Below are positions 1-11,364 of a stretch of 64,000 bases of DNA, in pieces. How positions within the stretch are numbered: position 1 is the stretch's first letter; each line of letters begins with the position of its first letter. Made by a program: the position numbers and the translations under genes. The notes beneath the pieces were generated by a model. The model saw only the letters and a program-made list of their open reading frames with translations, was not told the origin of the DNA and did not search any database. The stretch spans positions 1,736,001-1,800,000 of the forward strand of contig NC_086098.1 in the NCBI RefSeq assembly GCF_963921235.1, in the 5' to 3' direction. Source of the DNA: Mobula hypostoma. Its lineage: Eukaryota.

Positions 1-246
1 GTAGCAACTGACATTCACACACTCTTTCATTCAAGATCCAAGATTGATGTCACTTCCAGTACACAAGCGTAAAGGAGAATAAAATAATTGTTACTCCAGA
101 TCGGATGCAGTTACAAATCTGAAGGAGTTACACATTTAGGAAGAGGTGAGACGGGATTGGAGAATGCCAATTCATTGTGGGTGGAGTTAAGAAACTGAAA
201 GGGTAAAAAAGCCATTATGGGAATCATATATTGGCCTCCTAATAGT

Positions 247-739
247 CATAGTCATAGTCATACTTTATTGATCCCGAGGGAAATTGGTTTTCGTTACAGT
301 TGCACCATAAATAAATAGTAATAAAACCATAAATAATTAAATAGTAATATGTAAATTATGCCAGGAAATAAGTCCAGGACCAGCCTATTGGCTCAGGGTG
401 TCTGACCCTCCAAGGGAGGAGTTGTAAAGTTTGATGGCCACAGGCAGGAATGACTTTCTATGACGCTCAGTATTGCATCTTGGTGGAATGAGTCTCTGAC
501 TGAATGTACTCCTGTGCCCAACCAGTACATTATGTAGTGGATGGGAGACATTGTCCAAGATGGCATGCAACTTGGACAGCATCCTCTTTTCAGACACCAC
601 CGTCAGAGAGTCCAGTTCCATCGCCACAACATCACTGGCCTTACGAATGAGTTTGTTGATTCTGTTGGTGTCTGTTACCCTCAGCCTGCTGCCCCAGCAC
701 ACAACAGCAAACATGCTCACACTGGCCACCACAGACTAG
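247..739 (-). mobile_element. 5'-truncated Rex1/Babar-type LINE 3' end
   Basis: ORF 385-732 (VVCWGS...SHPLH...TERHRKSFLPVAIKLYN) resembles the Rex1 RT C-terminal region; (CTATGA)n tail; TSD aatagt at 241-246 and 740-745. Confidence 0.85.
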
Positions 740-1451
740 AATAGTAGCAAAGATGTGGGGTTGAGATTGCAACAGGAGCTGGAAAAGGCACCTAATAAGG
801 GTAATGACATAATTATAATGGGGGGACTTCTATATGCCAGGATATTGGGAAAATCCAGTTGGGGTCAGATTGCAAGAGAGGGAATTTGCTGAATGCCTAT
901 GAGGTGGGTTTTTAGAGCAGCTTGTGCTTGAGCTTACTCAGAGAAAGGCCGTCTCAGAGTTAGAATCAGGTTTATTATCACTGGCGTGTGACTTGAAATT
1001 TGTTAACTTAGCAGCAGCAGTTCAATGCAATACATAATCTAGAAGGGAGAAACAAAAATAAAATAAGAGGTAAGAACATAAGAAATAGGAGCAGCAGTAG
1101 GCCATCTGGCCCATCGAGCCTGCCCCGTCATTCAATAAGATCACGGCTGAACTGTCTGTAAACTCAGCTCCATCCACCTACCTTTTCCCCATAACCCTTA
1201 ATTCCCCTACTCTGTAAAAATATATCTAACTGTATCTTAAATATATTTAGTGAAGAAGCCCCAACTGCTTCTCTGGGCAGAGAATTCCATAGATTCACCA
1301 CTCTCCGGGAAAAACAGTTCCTCCTCATCTCCATCCTAAATCTTGTCCCCTGAATCTCGAGGCAATGTCCCCTAGTTCTAGTCTCACCTACCAATGGAAA
1401 CAACTTTCCTACTTCTATCTTATCTACCCCTTTCAATATTTTGTATGTTTC

Positions 1452-1877
1452 TATCTTTTCTGTGGATTGTCACCTTGTCGCGGTGGAGAAGCTTGTGTGG
1501 TCCTGTGATCCCGAGAGCAATGCCGTCTGGAGCTATGCTCCTGGTAGGGTCACCCATGGCGGTAAGGTCGAGGGTGAGGTCCCTGACAAAGAACAATCCA
1601 ACCAAGACCTCAACAGTGGAACAGGCGGACGAAGTTACTTCGAACTCAACAGCTGTGAAGGCGGATGAAGGCTGCAACAAATCCATCAGCTCCAATCGTC
1701 GTGGTTTCCATTCCATTGGAACCAGTTTGTTGATTTGTGAAGTATCGTGTGCTTCTTGGAGTGCAACATCAAGTACACGTTAAACAAATACACGCACAGG
1801 TGTCTTCACTCTGTGGGCCACTTCTTGGGAACGAAGACCATCATCCTCAACCTCGAGGGATAGCCACAATGACGATG
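1452..1877 (+). mobile_element. Non-autonomous RTE-clade element: Rex3/Expander-like 5' UTR joined to an RTE-type 3' tail
   Basis: Head gtcaccttgtcgcggtggagaagcttgtgtg...cctggtagggtcacccatggc...gacaaagaacaatcc recalled as Expander/Rex3-like; tail catcatcctcaacctcgagggatagcc then (GAT)n; TSD atgtttc at 1445-1451 and 1878-1884; no recognisable protein. Confidence 0.7.
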
Positions 1878-2472
1878 ATGTTTCAATAAGATCTCCTCTC
1901 ATTCTTCTGAATTCCAGAGAGTATAGTCCCAGGCGACTCAATCGCTCCTCACAAGTTAACTCCTTCATCTCTGGAATCAACCGGGTGACCCTCCTCTAGA
2001 CTGCTTCCAAAGCCCGTATATCCTTCCTCAAGTACGGAGACGAGAACTGCACACAATACTCCAGGTGCGGCCTCACCAGTACCCTGTATAGTTGCAGCAT
2101 GACCTCCCTGCTCTTGAATTCAATCCCTCGAGCAATGAAGGCCAACATTCTGTTTGCCTTCTTAATAACCTGTTGTACCTGCAAGCCAACTTTTTGCGAT
2201 TCATGCACAAGCACTCCCAAGTCCCTCTGCACAACAGCATGCTGCAATCTTTCACCATTTAAATAATAATCTGCTCGTCTACTATTTCTTCCAAAGAAGG
2301 TGATCTCGCTTTTATCAACATTCTATTCCATCTGCCAGACCTTGGGCCACTCATTTAACTCATATATCCCTCTGCAGACTCTCCACATCCTCTGTACAAT
2401 TTGCTTTTCCATTCAGTTTAATGTCATCAGCAAATTTTGCTATGCTGAACTTAGTCCCCTCTTCCAAATCAT

Positions 2473-2627
2473 ATAACCATATAACCATATAACAATTACA
2501 GCGTGGAAACAGGCCACCTTGACCCTTCTAGTCTGTGCCGAACTCCTATTCTCACCTAGTCCCACCGAACTGCACTCGGTCCATAACCCTCCATTCCCTT
2601 CCTGTCCATATACCTATCCACATTGAT
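2473..2627 (-). mobile_element. Very short CR1 3' tip
   Basis: (ATGGTTAT)n tail; TSD aaatcat at 2466-2472 and 2628-2634. Confidence 0.8.
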
Positions 2628-3126
2628 AAATCATCAATGTAAATGGTAAACAGCTGGGGGCCCAGCACTGACCCCTGCGACACCTCACTCACCACTGACT
2701 GCCAACCGGAGAAGCACCCATTTATACCAACTCTCTGCCTTCTATTGGTTAACCAATCCACTATCCATGCCAATACACTTCCGCCGACTCCATGCATCCG
2801 TATCTTATTTATAAGTTTCTTGCGCGGCACCTTATTGAACGCCTTCTGGAAATTCAAGTATACAACATCCACCCGTCCCTACACCTCCTCTCCTGCCACC
2901 ATTCAGGGCCCCAAACAGTCCTTCCAAGCGAGGCAACACTTCACTTGTGAGTCTGTTGGGGTCATCTATTGCATCCGGTGCTCCCGGTACGGCCTCCTCT
3001 ACATCGGTGAAACCCAACACAGATTGGGGGACCGCTTCGTCGAGCACCTCCGCTCCGTCCGCCAAAACAGACAGGATCTCCCGGTAGCCACCCACTTCAA
3101 CTCTGCTTCCCACTCCCATTCAGATA

Positions 3127-3167
3127 ATTTCCCCCAGGATTAATAAAGTATGACTATGACTATGACT
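3127..3167 (+). mobile_element. 41-bp Rex1/Babar tail inserted in the PLE GIY-YIG region
   Basis: atttcccccaggattaataaagta(tgacta)n matches the tails at 247-285 (reverse) and 22987-23030; ata duplicated on both sides. Confidence 0.8.
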
Positions 3168-3562
3168 ATATGTCCATACATGGCCACCTCTACTGCTATG
3201 ATGAGGCTAAACTCAGGTTGGAGGAGCAACACCTCATATACCGTCTAGGTAGTCTCCAGCCCCTTGGTGTGAACATAGAATTCTCCAACATCCGGTAATT
3301 CCCTCCCCCTCCCTTCCCCTATCCCTATGTCACTCTGCTCCCTCCCCCAGCTGCCTATCACTTCCCTCATGGTCCCGCCTCCTTCTACTACCCATTGTGT
3401 TTTCCCCTATTCCTTCTTCACCTTTCCTGCCTATCACCTCCCTGCCTCCCCTCCCCCACCCCTTTATCTTTCCCCTTACTGGTTTTTCACCTGGAACCTA
3501 CCAGCCTTCTCCTTCCCACCCTCCCCCCACCTTCTTTATAGGGCCTCTGCCCCCTCCCCCTA

Positions 3563-3600
3563 CAGTCCTGATGAAGGGTTCCGGCCCGAAACGTCGACCG
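3563..3600 (+). ncRNA. Minimal type I hammerhead ribozyme motif (PLE-associated)
   Basis: cagtc-CUGAUGA-aGGGuuccggCCC-GAAAC-GUC-gaccg: catalytic core, stem II GGG/CCC, stem I gtc/gac, loopless palindromic ACGU helix III; predicted cleavage after 3595. Confidence 0.75.
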
Positions 3601-3859
3601 ATCTTTTCCACGGATGCTGCCCAACCTGCTGAGTTCTTCCAGTGTGTTGTGAGTGTTTCCCTCTATCCACTGCACTCATTATGTCCTCAAAGTACTCCAG
3701 TAAGTTTGTCAAACAGGACCTGCCCTTTCTGAATCCATGCTGTGTCTGTCTAATGGAACCATTCCTTTCTAAATTTTTCGCTATTTCTTCCTTAATGACA
3801 GCTTCAAGCATTTTCTCGACTACAGATGTTAAGCTAACTGGCCTTTAGTTACGTCTTTT

Positions 3860-6222
3860 AAAATAGAAAATAGAAAATAGAAAATAGGTGCAGGAGTAGG
3901 CCATTCGGCCCTTCGAGCCTGCACCGCCATTTATTATGATCATGGCTGATCATCCAACTCAGAACCCCGCCCCAGCCTTCCCTCCATACCCCCTGACCCC
4001 CGTAGCCACAAGGGCCATATCTAACTCCCTCTTAAATATAGCCAATGAACTGGCCTCAACTGTTTCCTGTGGCAGAGAATTCCACAGATTCACCACTCTC
4101 TGTGTGAAGAAGTTTTTCCTAATCTCGGTCCTAAAAGGCCTCCCCTCTATCCTCAAACTGTGGCCTCTCGTTCTGGACTTCCCCAACATCGGGAACAATC
4201 TTCCTGCATCTAGCCTGTCCAATCCCTTTAGGATCTTATACGTTTCAATCAGGTCCCCCCTCAATCTTCTAAATTCCAACGAGTACAAGCCCAGTTCATC
4301 CAGTCTTTCTTCATATGAAAGTCCTGCCATCCCAGGAATCAATCTGGTGAACCTTCTTTGTACTCCCTCTATGGCAAAGATGTCTTTCCTCAGATTAGGG
4401 GACCAAAACTGCACACAATACTCCAGGTGTGGTCTCACCAAGGCCTTGTACAACTGCAGTAGTACCTCCCTGCTCCTGTACTCGAATCCTCTCGCTATAA
4501 ATGCCAGCATACCGTTCGCCTTTTTCACCGCCTGCTGTACCTGCATGCCCACTTTCAATGACTGGTGTATAATGACACCCAGGTCTCGTTGCACCTCCCC
4601 TTTTCCTAATCGGCCACCATTCAGATAATAATCTGTTTTCCTATTTTTGCCACCAAAGTGGATAACTTCACATTTATCCACATTAAATTGCATCTGCCAT
4701 GAATTTGCCCACTCACCCAACCTATCCAAGTCACCCTGCATATTCTTAGCATCCTCCTCACAGCTAACACTGCCACCCAGCTTTGTGTCATCCGTAAACT
4801 TGGAGATGCTGCATTTAATTCCCTCATCCAAGTCATTAATATATATTGTAAACAACTGGGGTCCCAGCACTGAGCCTTGCGGTACCCCACCAGTCACCGC
4901 CTGCCATTCTGAAAAGGTCCCGTTTATTCCCATTCTTTGCTTCCTGTCTGCTAACCAATTCTCCACCCACACCAATACCTTACCCCCAATACCGTGTGCT
5001 TTAAGTTTGCACACTAATCTCCTGTGTGGGACCTTGTCAAAAGCCTTTTGAAAATCCAAATATACCACATCCACTGGTTCTCCCCTATCCACTCTACTAG
5101 TTACATCCTCAAAAAATTCTATCAGATTCGTCAGACATGATTTTCCTTTCACAAATCCATGCTGACTTTGTCCGATCATTTCACCGGTTTCCAAATGTGC
5201 TGTTATCACATCCTTGATAACTGACTCCAGCAGTTTCCCCACCACCGACGTTAGGCTAACCGATCTATAATTCCCCGGTTTCTCTCTCCCTCCTTTTTTA
5301 AAAAGTGGAGTTACATTAGCCACCCTCCAATCCTCAGGAACTAGTCCAGAATCTAACGATTTTTGAAAAATTATCACTGATGCATCCACTATTTCTTGGG
5401 CTACTTTCTTAAGCACTCTAGGATGCAGACCATCTGGCCCTGGGGATTTATCTGCCTTCAATCCCTTCAATTTACTTAACACCACTTCCCTACTAACATG
5501 TATTTCGCTCAGTTTCTCCATCTCACTGGACCCTCTGTCCCCTACTATTTCTGGAAGATTATTTATGTCCTCCTTAGTGAAGACAGAACCAAAGTAATTA
5601 TTCAATTGGTCTGCCATGTCCTTGTTCCCCATAATCAATTCACCTGTTTCTGTCTGCAGGGGACCTACATTTGTCTTTACTAGTCTTTTCCTTTTTACAT
5701 ATCTATAAAAGCTTTTACAGTCAGTTTTTATGTTCTCTGCCAGTTTTATCTCATAATCTTTTATCCCCTTCCTAATTAAGCCCTTTGTCCTCCTCTGCTG
5801 AACTCTGAATTTCTCCCAGTCCTCAGGTGAGCCACTTTTTCTGGCTAATTTGTATGCTTCTTCTTTGGAATTGATACTATCCCTAATTTCTCTTGTCAGC
5901 CACGGGTGCACTACCTTCCTTGATTTATTCTTTTGCCAAACTGGGATGAACAATTGTTGTAGTTCATCCATGCAACCTTTAAATGCTTGCCATTGCATAT
6001 CCACCGTCAATCCTTTAAGTGTCATTTGCCAGTCTATCTTAGCTAATTCACGTCTCATACCTTCAAAGTTACCCCTCTTTAAGTTCAGAACCTTTGTTTC
6101 TGAATTAACTATGTCACTCTCCATCTTAATGAAGAATTCCACCATATTATGGTCACTCTTACCCAAGGGGCCTCTCACGACAAGATTGCTAATTAACCCT
6201 TCCTCATTGCTCAAAACCCAGT
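3860..6222 (-). mobile_element. Young CR1 (family A), 5'-truncated
   Basis: Near-identical by eye to 19630-21990 in opposite orientation; (TTTTCTA)n tail. Confidence 0.95.
3959..6214 (-). CDS. CR1 ORF2 open reading frame lacking most of the endonuclease (RT domain and C-terminus)
   Basis: 751-aa uninterrupted frame with KSPGPDG, QHGF, LDFQKAFDKV and GVPQGSVLGP; catalytic motif reads FTDD (FADD in the sibling); no promoter or native start. Confidence 0.8.
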   Translation of the reverse strand: MSNEEGLISNLVVRGPLGKSDHNMVEFFIKMESDIVNSETKVLNLKRGNFEGMRRELAKIDWQMTLKGLTVDMQWQAFKGCMDELQQLFIPVWQKNKSRKVVHPWLTREIRDSINSKEEAYKLARKSGSPEDWEKFRVQQRRTKGLIRKGIKDYEIKLAENIKTDCKSFYRYVKRKRLVKTNVGPLQTETGELIMGNKDMADQLNNYFGSVFTKEDINNLPEIVGDRGSSEMEKLSEIHVSREVVLSKLKGLKADKSPGPDGLHPRVLKKVAQEIVDASVIIFQKSLDSGLVPEDWRVANVTPLFKKGGREKPGNYRSVSLTSVVGKLLESVIKDVITAHLETGEMIGQSQHGFVKGKSCLTNLIEFFEDVTSRVDRGEPVDVVYLDFQKAFDKVPHRRLVCKLKAHGIGGKVLVWVENWLADRKQRMGINGTFSEWQAVTGGVPQGSVLGPQLFTIYINDLDEGIKCSISKFTDDTKLGGSVSCEEDAKNMQGDLDRLGEWANSWQMQFNVDKCEVIHFGGKNRKTDYYLNGGRLGKGEVQRDLGVIIHQSLKVGMQVQQAVKKANGMLAFIARGFEYRSREVLLQLYKALVRPHLEYCVQFWSPNLRKDIFAIEGVQRRFTRLIPGMAGLSYEERLDELGLYSLEFRRLRGDLIETYKILKGLDRLDAGRLFPMLGKSRTRGHSLRIEGRPFRTEIRKNFFTQRVVNLWNSLPQETVEASSLAIFKRELDMALVATGVRGYGGKAGAGF

Positions 6223-8152
6223 CCTACATCCTTTTTTAAAAAGTGGCGTGACATTTACTATCTTCCGTTCAGCTGGGACCTGCCCAGAGTCTAGAGAAGT
6301 TTGGTAAATGATTACCAATGCATCTATTATAACCTCTGCCAGTTATAATAAATAAACAAGTAAATAAATTACAGTATATGTATATTGAATAGATTAAAAA
6401 CCATGCAAAAAACAGAAATATTGTATATTAAAAAAAAGTGAGGTCGTGTCCAAGAGTTCAATGTCCAGAGAGGGGAAGAAGCTGTTCCTAAGTCATTGAG
6501 TGTGTGCCTTCAAGCTTCTTCCACCAAAGTGCATGACCATACATTTTCCAACATTTGATCTGTATGAATAGTATGCAGAACCAGCTTTTCACTGTATCTC
6601 GATACATGTGACAGTAATAGTGCAGCATGCTCATACATTGGGTGTTGTGCAATAACCCAGATCTTATTTGGTAACTTAATGTAAAGGAAACTTTAGGAGG
6701 CAGTGATCATAATATGATTGAATTAATACTGCAATTTGAGAGGGAGAAGCACAAGTCACATTGATATTCCAATATCACAATGGAATAAAGGGAATTACAG
6801 AGGCATGAGAGATGAGCTTGCCCAGGTGGATTAAAGGGGGATATTGGTAGGCATGAGGGCAGAGCAGCCATGGCTGAAATTTCTGGGAATACTTCACATG
6901 GCACAGGATAGATATGCCCAGGGAAGAAGAAGTTGTTCAAAAATAGCAGGGGTAGGCAACCGTGGCTGACAAAAGAGGGTAAGAACTGCATAAAAAGCCA
7001 AGGAAAGGGCATATAAGGTAGCAAAAGTGAGTGGGAGGTTGGATGATTGGGAAGTTTTAAAAATTCAACAGAAGGCAACTAAAAAAAGCTATAAGGGAAA
7101 AGAATAAATATGAGGTCAAACTAGTCAATAACTAGCCAAAAGCAGCATACCTGAAGTTTTTTTTCAGTTATATAAAGAGTGAAATGGAGATGACATGGTA
7201 ATAGAGAGAAAGAATGGCAGATGAACTGAACAGGCACTGTGCACCTGTCTGCACTGTGGAAGGGACTAGTAGGGTGCCAGAGGTCTGTGAGTGTCAGGCA
7301 GCCGGTGTGAGTGCCATTGCCATTATAAAGGAAAAAGTGCAAGGCAGACTGAAAGGTTTTAAGGCGGATAAGTGACCTGGACCAGATGGACTGCATCCCA
7401 GACTTCTGAGAGAGGTTGCTGAAGAGATAGTAGATGCATTGGTCATGATCTTTCAAGAATCACTGGATTCTGACATGATACCAGAGGACTGGAAGATTGC
7501 AAATGTTACTCCACTCTTTAAGAAGGGAGGAAGGCAAAAGAAAGGAAATTTTAGGCAAGGCAGCCTAGCCTCAGTGGTTGGGAAAGTGTTGGAGTCTATA
7601 ATTAAGGATGAGGCTTTGGGGTACTTGGAGACTAATGATGAAATAAGTCAAAGTCAGTATGGTTTCTGTGATGGGAAACCTTGCCTGACAAATCTATTGG
7701 AGTTCTTCGAGGAAGTAGCAAGCAGGGTGGACAAAGGAGAGGCAGAGGATGTGATTTCCTTAGATTTTCAGAAGGCATTTGATAAGGTGTCTCACTTGAG
7801 GCAGCTTAAAAAGAGAAAATCCTATTGCATTACAGGAAAGATATTGGCATGGATATGGGAATGGCTGACAGGAAAGAGACAGGGAATGGGAATAAAAGGG
7901 GCCTTTTCTGGTTGGCTGCCAGTGACTAGTGGTGTCAGTATTGGAATCGCTACTTTTTACATTGTATATCAATAATTTGGATAATGGAATTGATTGTTTT
8001 GCAGCAAAGTTTGTGGATGATAAGTGGAGGGGTAGGTACTGCTGAGGAAGCAATGCAATTACAGTGGGACTTGGACAAATTGGAATAATGGGCAAAAAAG
8101 TGGCAGAAGGAATACAGTGTTGAGAAATGTATGATAATGCATGTTGGTAAAA

Positions 8153-8458
8153 GACACGTGGCCAAGTGGTTAAGGCATTCGACTAGCGATCTGAAGGTTG
8201 TGAATTCGTGCCCCAGCCAAGACAGCATGTTGTATCCTTGTGCAAGGCACTTAATCACACATTGCTCTGCGATGACACTGGTGCCAAGCTGTATCAGCCC
8301 TTGCCCTTCCCTTGGACAACATCGGTGTCGTGGAGAGGGGAGACTTGTAGCATCAGCAACTGCCGGTCTTCCATACAACCTTGCCCAGGCCTGCGCCCTG
8401 GAGAGTTAAGAATTTCCAGGTGCAGATCCATGGTCTCACAAGACTAACGGATGCATTA
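8153..8458 (+). mobile_element. tRNA-headed SINE with RTE-like body and tail
   Basis: A box tggccaagtgg and degenerate B box; gtatccttgtgcaaggcacttaa core; tail tggtctcacaagactaacggatgc; second copy at 49866-50183. Confidence 0.85.
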
Positions 8459-9350
8459 AAAAGGAACAAAAGTGTGGACTATATTCTAAATGGGGAGAAG
8501 TTTCAAGCATCAGAGGTGCAGAGGGATTTAGGAGTTCTCAAATAAGACACCCAGAAGGTTAATTTACAAGTTGAATCTGTGGTAAAGAATGCAAATACAA
8601 AGTTAGCATTTATTTCAAGGGGAATAGAATATAAAAGCAAGGAGATAATGCTGAGCCTTTAGAAGACACTAGTTAGGTTTTTGGAGTATTGTCAACAGTT
8701 TTTGGCCCCATATCTCATAAAGGATGTGTTGTCATTGGAGAAAGTCCACAGGAGGTTCACAAGGATGACTCCAGGAATGAAGGGGTTAACATATGAGGAG
8801 TGTTTGGCAGTTTTGGGCCTGTACTCACTAGAATTTAGACAAATGTGTGGGCATCTCATTGAAATCTACCGAATGTTAAAAAGACTAGATAGAGTAGATG
8901 TGGAGAGGGTGTTTCCTATGGTGGGGGCATCCAGAACTAGAGGACACAGCCTCAAGATTGAGGGCTGACCCTTTAGAACAGAGGTAAGGAAGAATTTTTT
9001 TAGTTGGAGAGTAGTGTATCTGTGGAATGCTCTGCCACAGACTGCAGTGGAGGCCAAGTCTGTGGGTATATTTAAGGCAGAAATGGATTGTTTCCTGATT
9101 GGTCAGGGCATCAAAAGATATGGCGAGAAGGCAGGTGTGTGGGGGTGAGTGATGGAAAGGTAGAGCAGACTAGTTGGGCTGAATGGCCTAATTCTGCTCC
9201 TTTGTCTTACGGTCTTATGGATGCAGCACAAAAACACAACAGGATGAAGAACAGAATAATAAAAGACACAATATATATAAACACATAAGATAGCTTGTAT
9301 ACATAGATTGATTATAAGGCCAAAAAGTGACACTAGGCAGAGGAATGTCC

Positions 9351-10598
9351 ATAAGACCATAAGACCATAAAACAAAGGAGCAGAAGTAGGCCATTCGGCC
9401 CATCGAGTCTGCTCCGCCATTTTACCATGAGCTGATCCATTCTCCCATTTAGTCCCACTCCCCCGCCTTCTCACCATAACCTTTGATGCCCTGGCTACTC
9501 AGATACCTATCAATCTCTGCCTTAAATACACCCAATGACTTGGCCTCCACTGCCACCCATGGCAACAAATTCCATAGATTCACCACCCTCTGACTAAAAA
9601 AATTTCTTCGCATTTCTGTTCTGAATGGGCGCCCTTCAATCCTTAAGTCATGCCCTCTCGTACTAGACTCCCCCATCATGGGAAACAACTTTGCCACATC
9701 CTCTCTGTCCATGCCTTTTAACATTCGAAATGTTTCTATGAGGTCCCTCCTCATTCTTCTAAACTCCAAGGAATACAGTCCAAGAGCGGACAAAAGTTCC
9801 TCATATGTTAACCCTCTCATTCCTGGAATCATTCTAGTGAATCTTCTCTGTACCCTCTCCAACGTCAGCACATCCTTTCTTAAATAAGGAGACCAAAACT
9901 GCCCACAGTATTCCAAGTGAGGTCTCACCAGCGCTTTATAGAGCCTCAACATCACATCCCTGCTCCTATACTCTATTCCTCTAGAAATGAATGCCAACAT
10001 TGCATTCGCCTTCTTCACTACTGACTCAACCTGGAGATTAACTTTAAGGGTATCCTGTACGAGGACTCCCAAGTCCCGTTGCATCTCAGAACTTTGAATT
10101 CTTTCCCCATTTAAATAATATTCTGCCCGTTTATTTTTTCTGCCAAAGTGCATAACCATACACTTTCCAACTTCATTTGTCACTTCTCTGCCCATTCTTC
10201 CAATCTATCCAAGTCTCTCTGCAGACTCTCCGTTTCCTCAGCACTACCGGCCCCTCCACCTATCTTCGTATCGTCAGCAAACTTAGCCACAAAGCCATCT
10301 ATTCCATAATCCAAATCGTAGATGTACAATGTAAAAGGAAGTGGCCCCAACACTGAACCCTGTGGAACACCACTGGTAACCGGCAGCCAACCAGAATAGG
10401 ATCCCTTTATTCCCACTCTCTGTTTCCTGCCAATCAGCCAACACTCTATCCACGTCTGTAACTCTCCCGTAATTCCATGGGCTCTTATCTTGTTAAGTAG
10501 CCTCATGTGTGGCACCTCGTCAAAGGCCTTCTGAAAATCCAAATATACAACATCCAGTGCATCTCCCTTGTCTAGCCTACTGGTAATTTCCTCAAAAT
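9351..10598 (-). mobile_element. CR1 (family B), 5'-truncated RT plus 3' UTR
   Basis: ORFs 9449-10195 and 10180-10683 separated by a frameshift, with FADD; (TCTTATGG)n tail; close to 23030-24229. Confidence 0.9.
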
Positions 10599-11364
10599 TC
10601 TGCTGTAATGTCTGTACAGAAGGTAACTGACATACATTGTTGTAGGATGTGTGGAGCAATGGGTTTCTGGGTGGGGCTGTCAATCAGTCTTGGGGAGAGT
10701 AACTCTGTTTTTCAGTCTGGTGGTCCTGGTGTGCGTACTACATAGTCTCCTCCTTGATGGGAATGGCACAAACAGTTCCTAAAGCTTGGTGGATGGGAAC
10801 CTTTATGATATTATTGGCCCTATTTCTGGTACCATTCTGTATATATGTCCTCGCTGGTGGGCAGGCATGTGCCAGTGATGCCATGGGGAGCTTTGACTAT
10901 CTCTTCTGGAGCCTTCCAGTCTGCCACAGTACAGTTTCCATACCATGCTGTGAGCCTGCTCAGAAAGTAGACGCATGTGTCTATGGATTTCAACAAGGTA
11001 CCCCATGCAAGGCTTAGTGAGAAAGTAAGGAGGCATGGGATACAAGGGGACATTGCTGTGGATCCAGAATTGGCTTGCCCACAGAAGGCAAAGAGTGGTT
11101 GTAGACGGGTCATATTCTGCATGGAGGTCAGTGACCAGTGGTGTGCCTCAGGGATCTGTTCCGGGACCCTTACCCTTCATGAATTTTATGAATGACTTGG
11201 ATGAGGAAGTGAAGGGTTGGGTTAGTAAATTTGCTGATGACACAAAGGTTGGGGGTGTTGTGGATATTGTGGAGGGCTGTCAGAGGTTACAGCAGAACAT
11301 TGATAGGATGCAAAACTGGGTTGAGAAGTGGCAGATGGAGTTCAACCCAGATAATTGTGAGGTG

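Larger units (their letters stand above)
2873..3653 (+). mobile_element. Penelope-like element 3' fragment: GIY-YIG endonuclease coding region plus terminal repeat (pLTR)
   Basis: Translation FTCESVGVIYCIRCSRYGLLYIGETQHRLGDRFVEHLRSV...PVATHFN, resuming after a small insert as MSIHG...LEEQHLIYRLGSLQPLGVNIEFS*; C/T-rich tract then hammerhead motif; no TSD. Confidence 0.9.
1071..6342 (-). mobile_element. 5'-truncated CR1 LINE (RT plus 3' UTR) interrupted by four younger insertions
   Basis: ORF fragments 1164-1436, 1780-1980, 1996-2247, 2552-2872 and 3560-3811 carry successive CR1 ORF2 motifs; CR1-type 3' UTR and tail at ~1071-1160. Confidence 0.9.
959..6520 (-). mobile_element. Rex1/Babar-like 3' end split into ~959-1068 and ~6343-6520 by a CR1 insertion
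   Basis: The two pieces joined are collinear with the uninterrupted copy at 52612-52875 (agaatcagg..ttatcactggcgtgtg...acagtatatgtatattgaata...gaagaagctgttcct). Confidence 0.75.
120..9225 (+). mobile_element. Old degenerate CR1 LINE (ORF2 endonuclease to RT and 3' end) in pieces 120-246, 740-958 and ~6637-9225; outermost host of a nested cluster
   Basis: Reading ...PPNS|SKDVG... resumes across the 247-739 insert; RT motifs in ORF 7439-7975 (WKIANVTPLFKKG, CLTNLLEFFE, LDFQKAFDKV) and ORF 8681-8968; many stops and frameshifts. Confidence 0.85.

Noticed and set aside
2643..3143. 166-aa ORF that looks like a novel GIY-YIG fusion protein
   Set aside because: Chance read-through from antisense CR1 into a truncated PLE fragment, ended by a Rex1 tail.
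3936..4628. Recurrent antisense ORFs beginning MIMADHP... (also 16513, 21691, 41035, 43534, 58093) and 19228-20004
   Set aside because: They are shadows on the opposite strand of CR1 ORF2 and 3' UTR; recurrence reflects repeat copy number and lengths vary.
8153..8225. tRNA-like sequence (also ~49866-49935)
   Set aside because: It is a SINE head with a degenerate B box that continues into the SINE body, not a tRNA gene.
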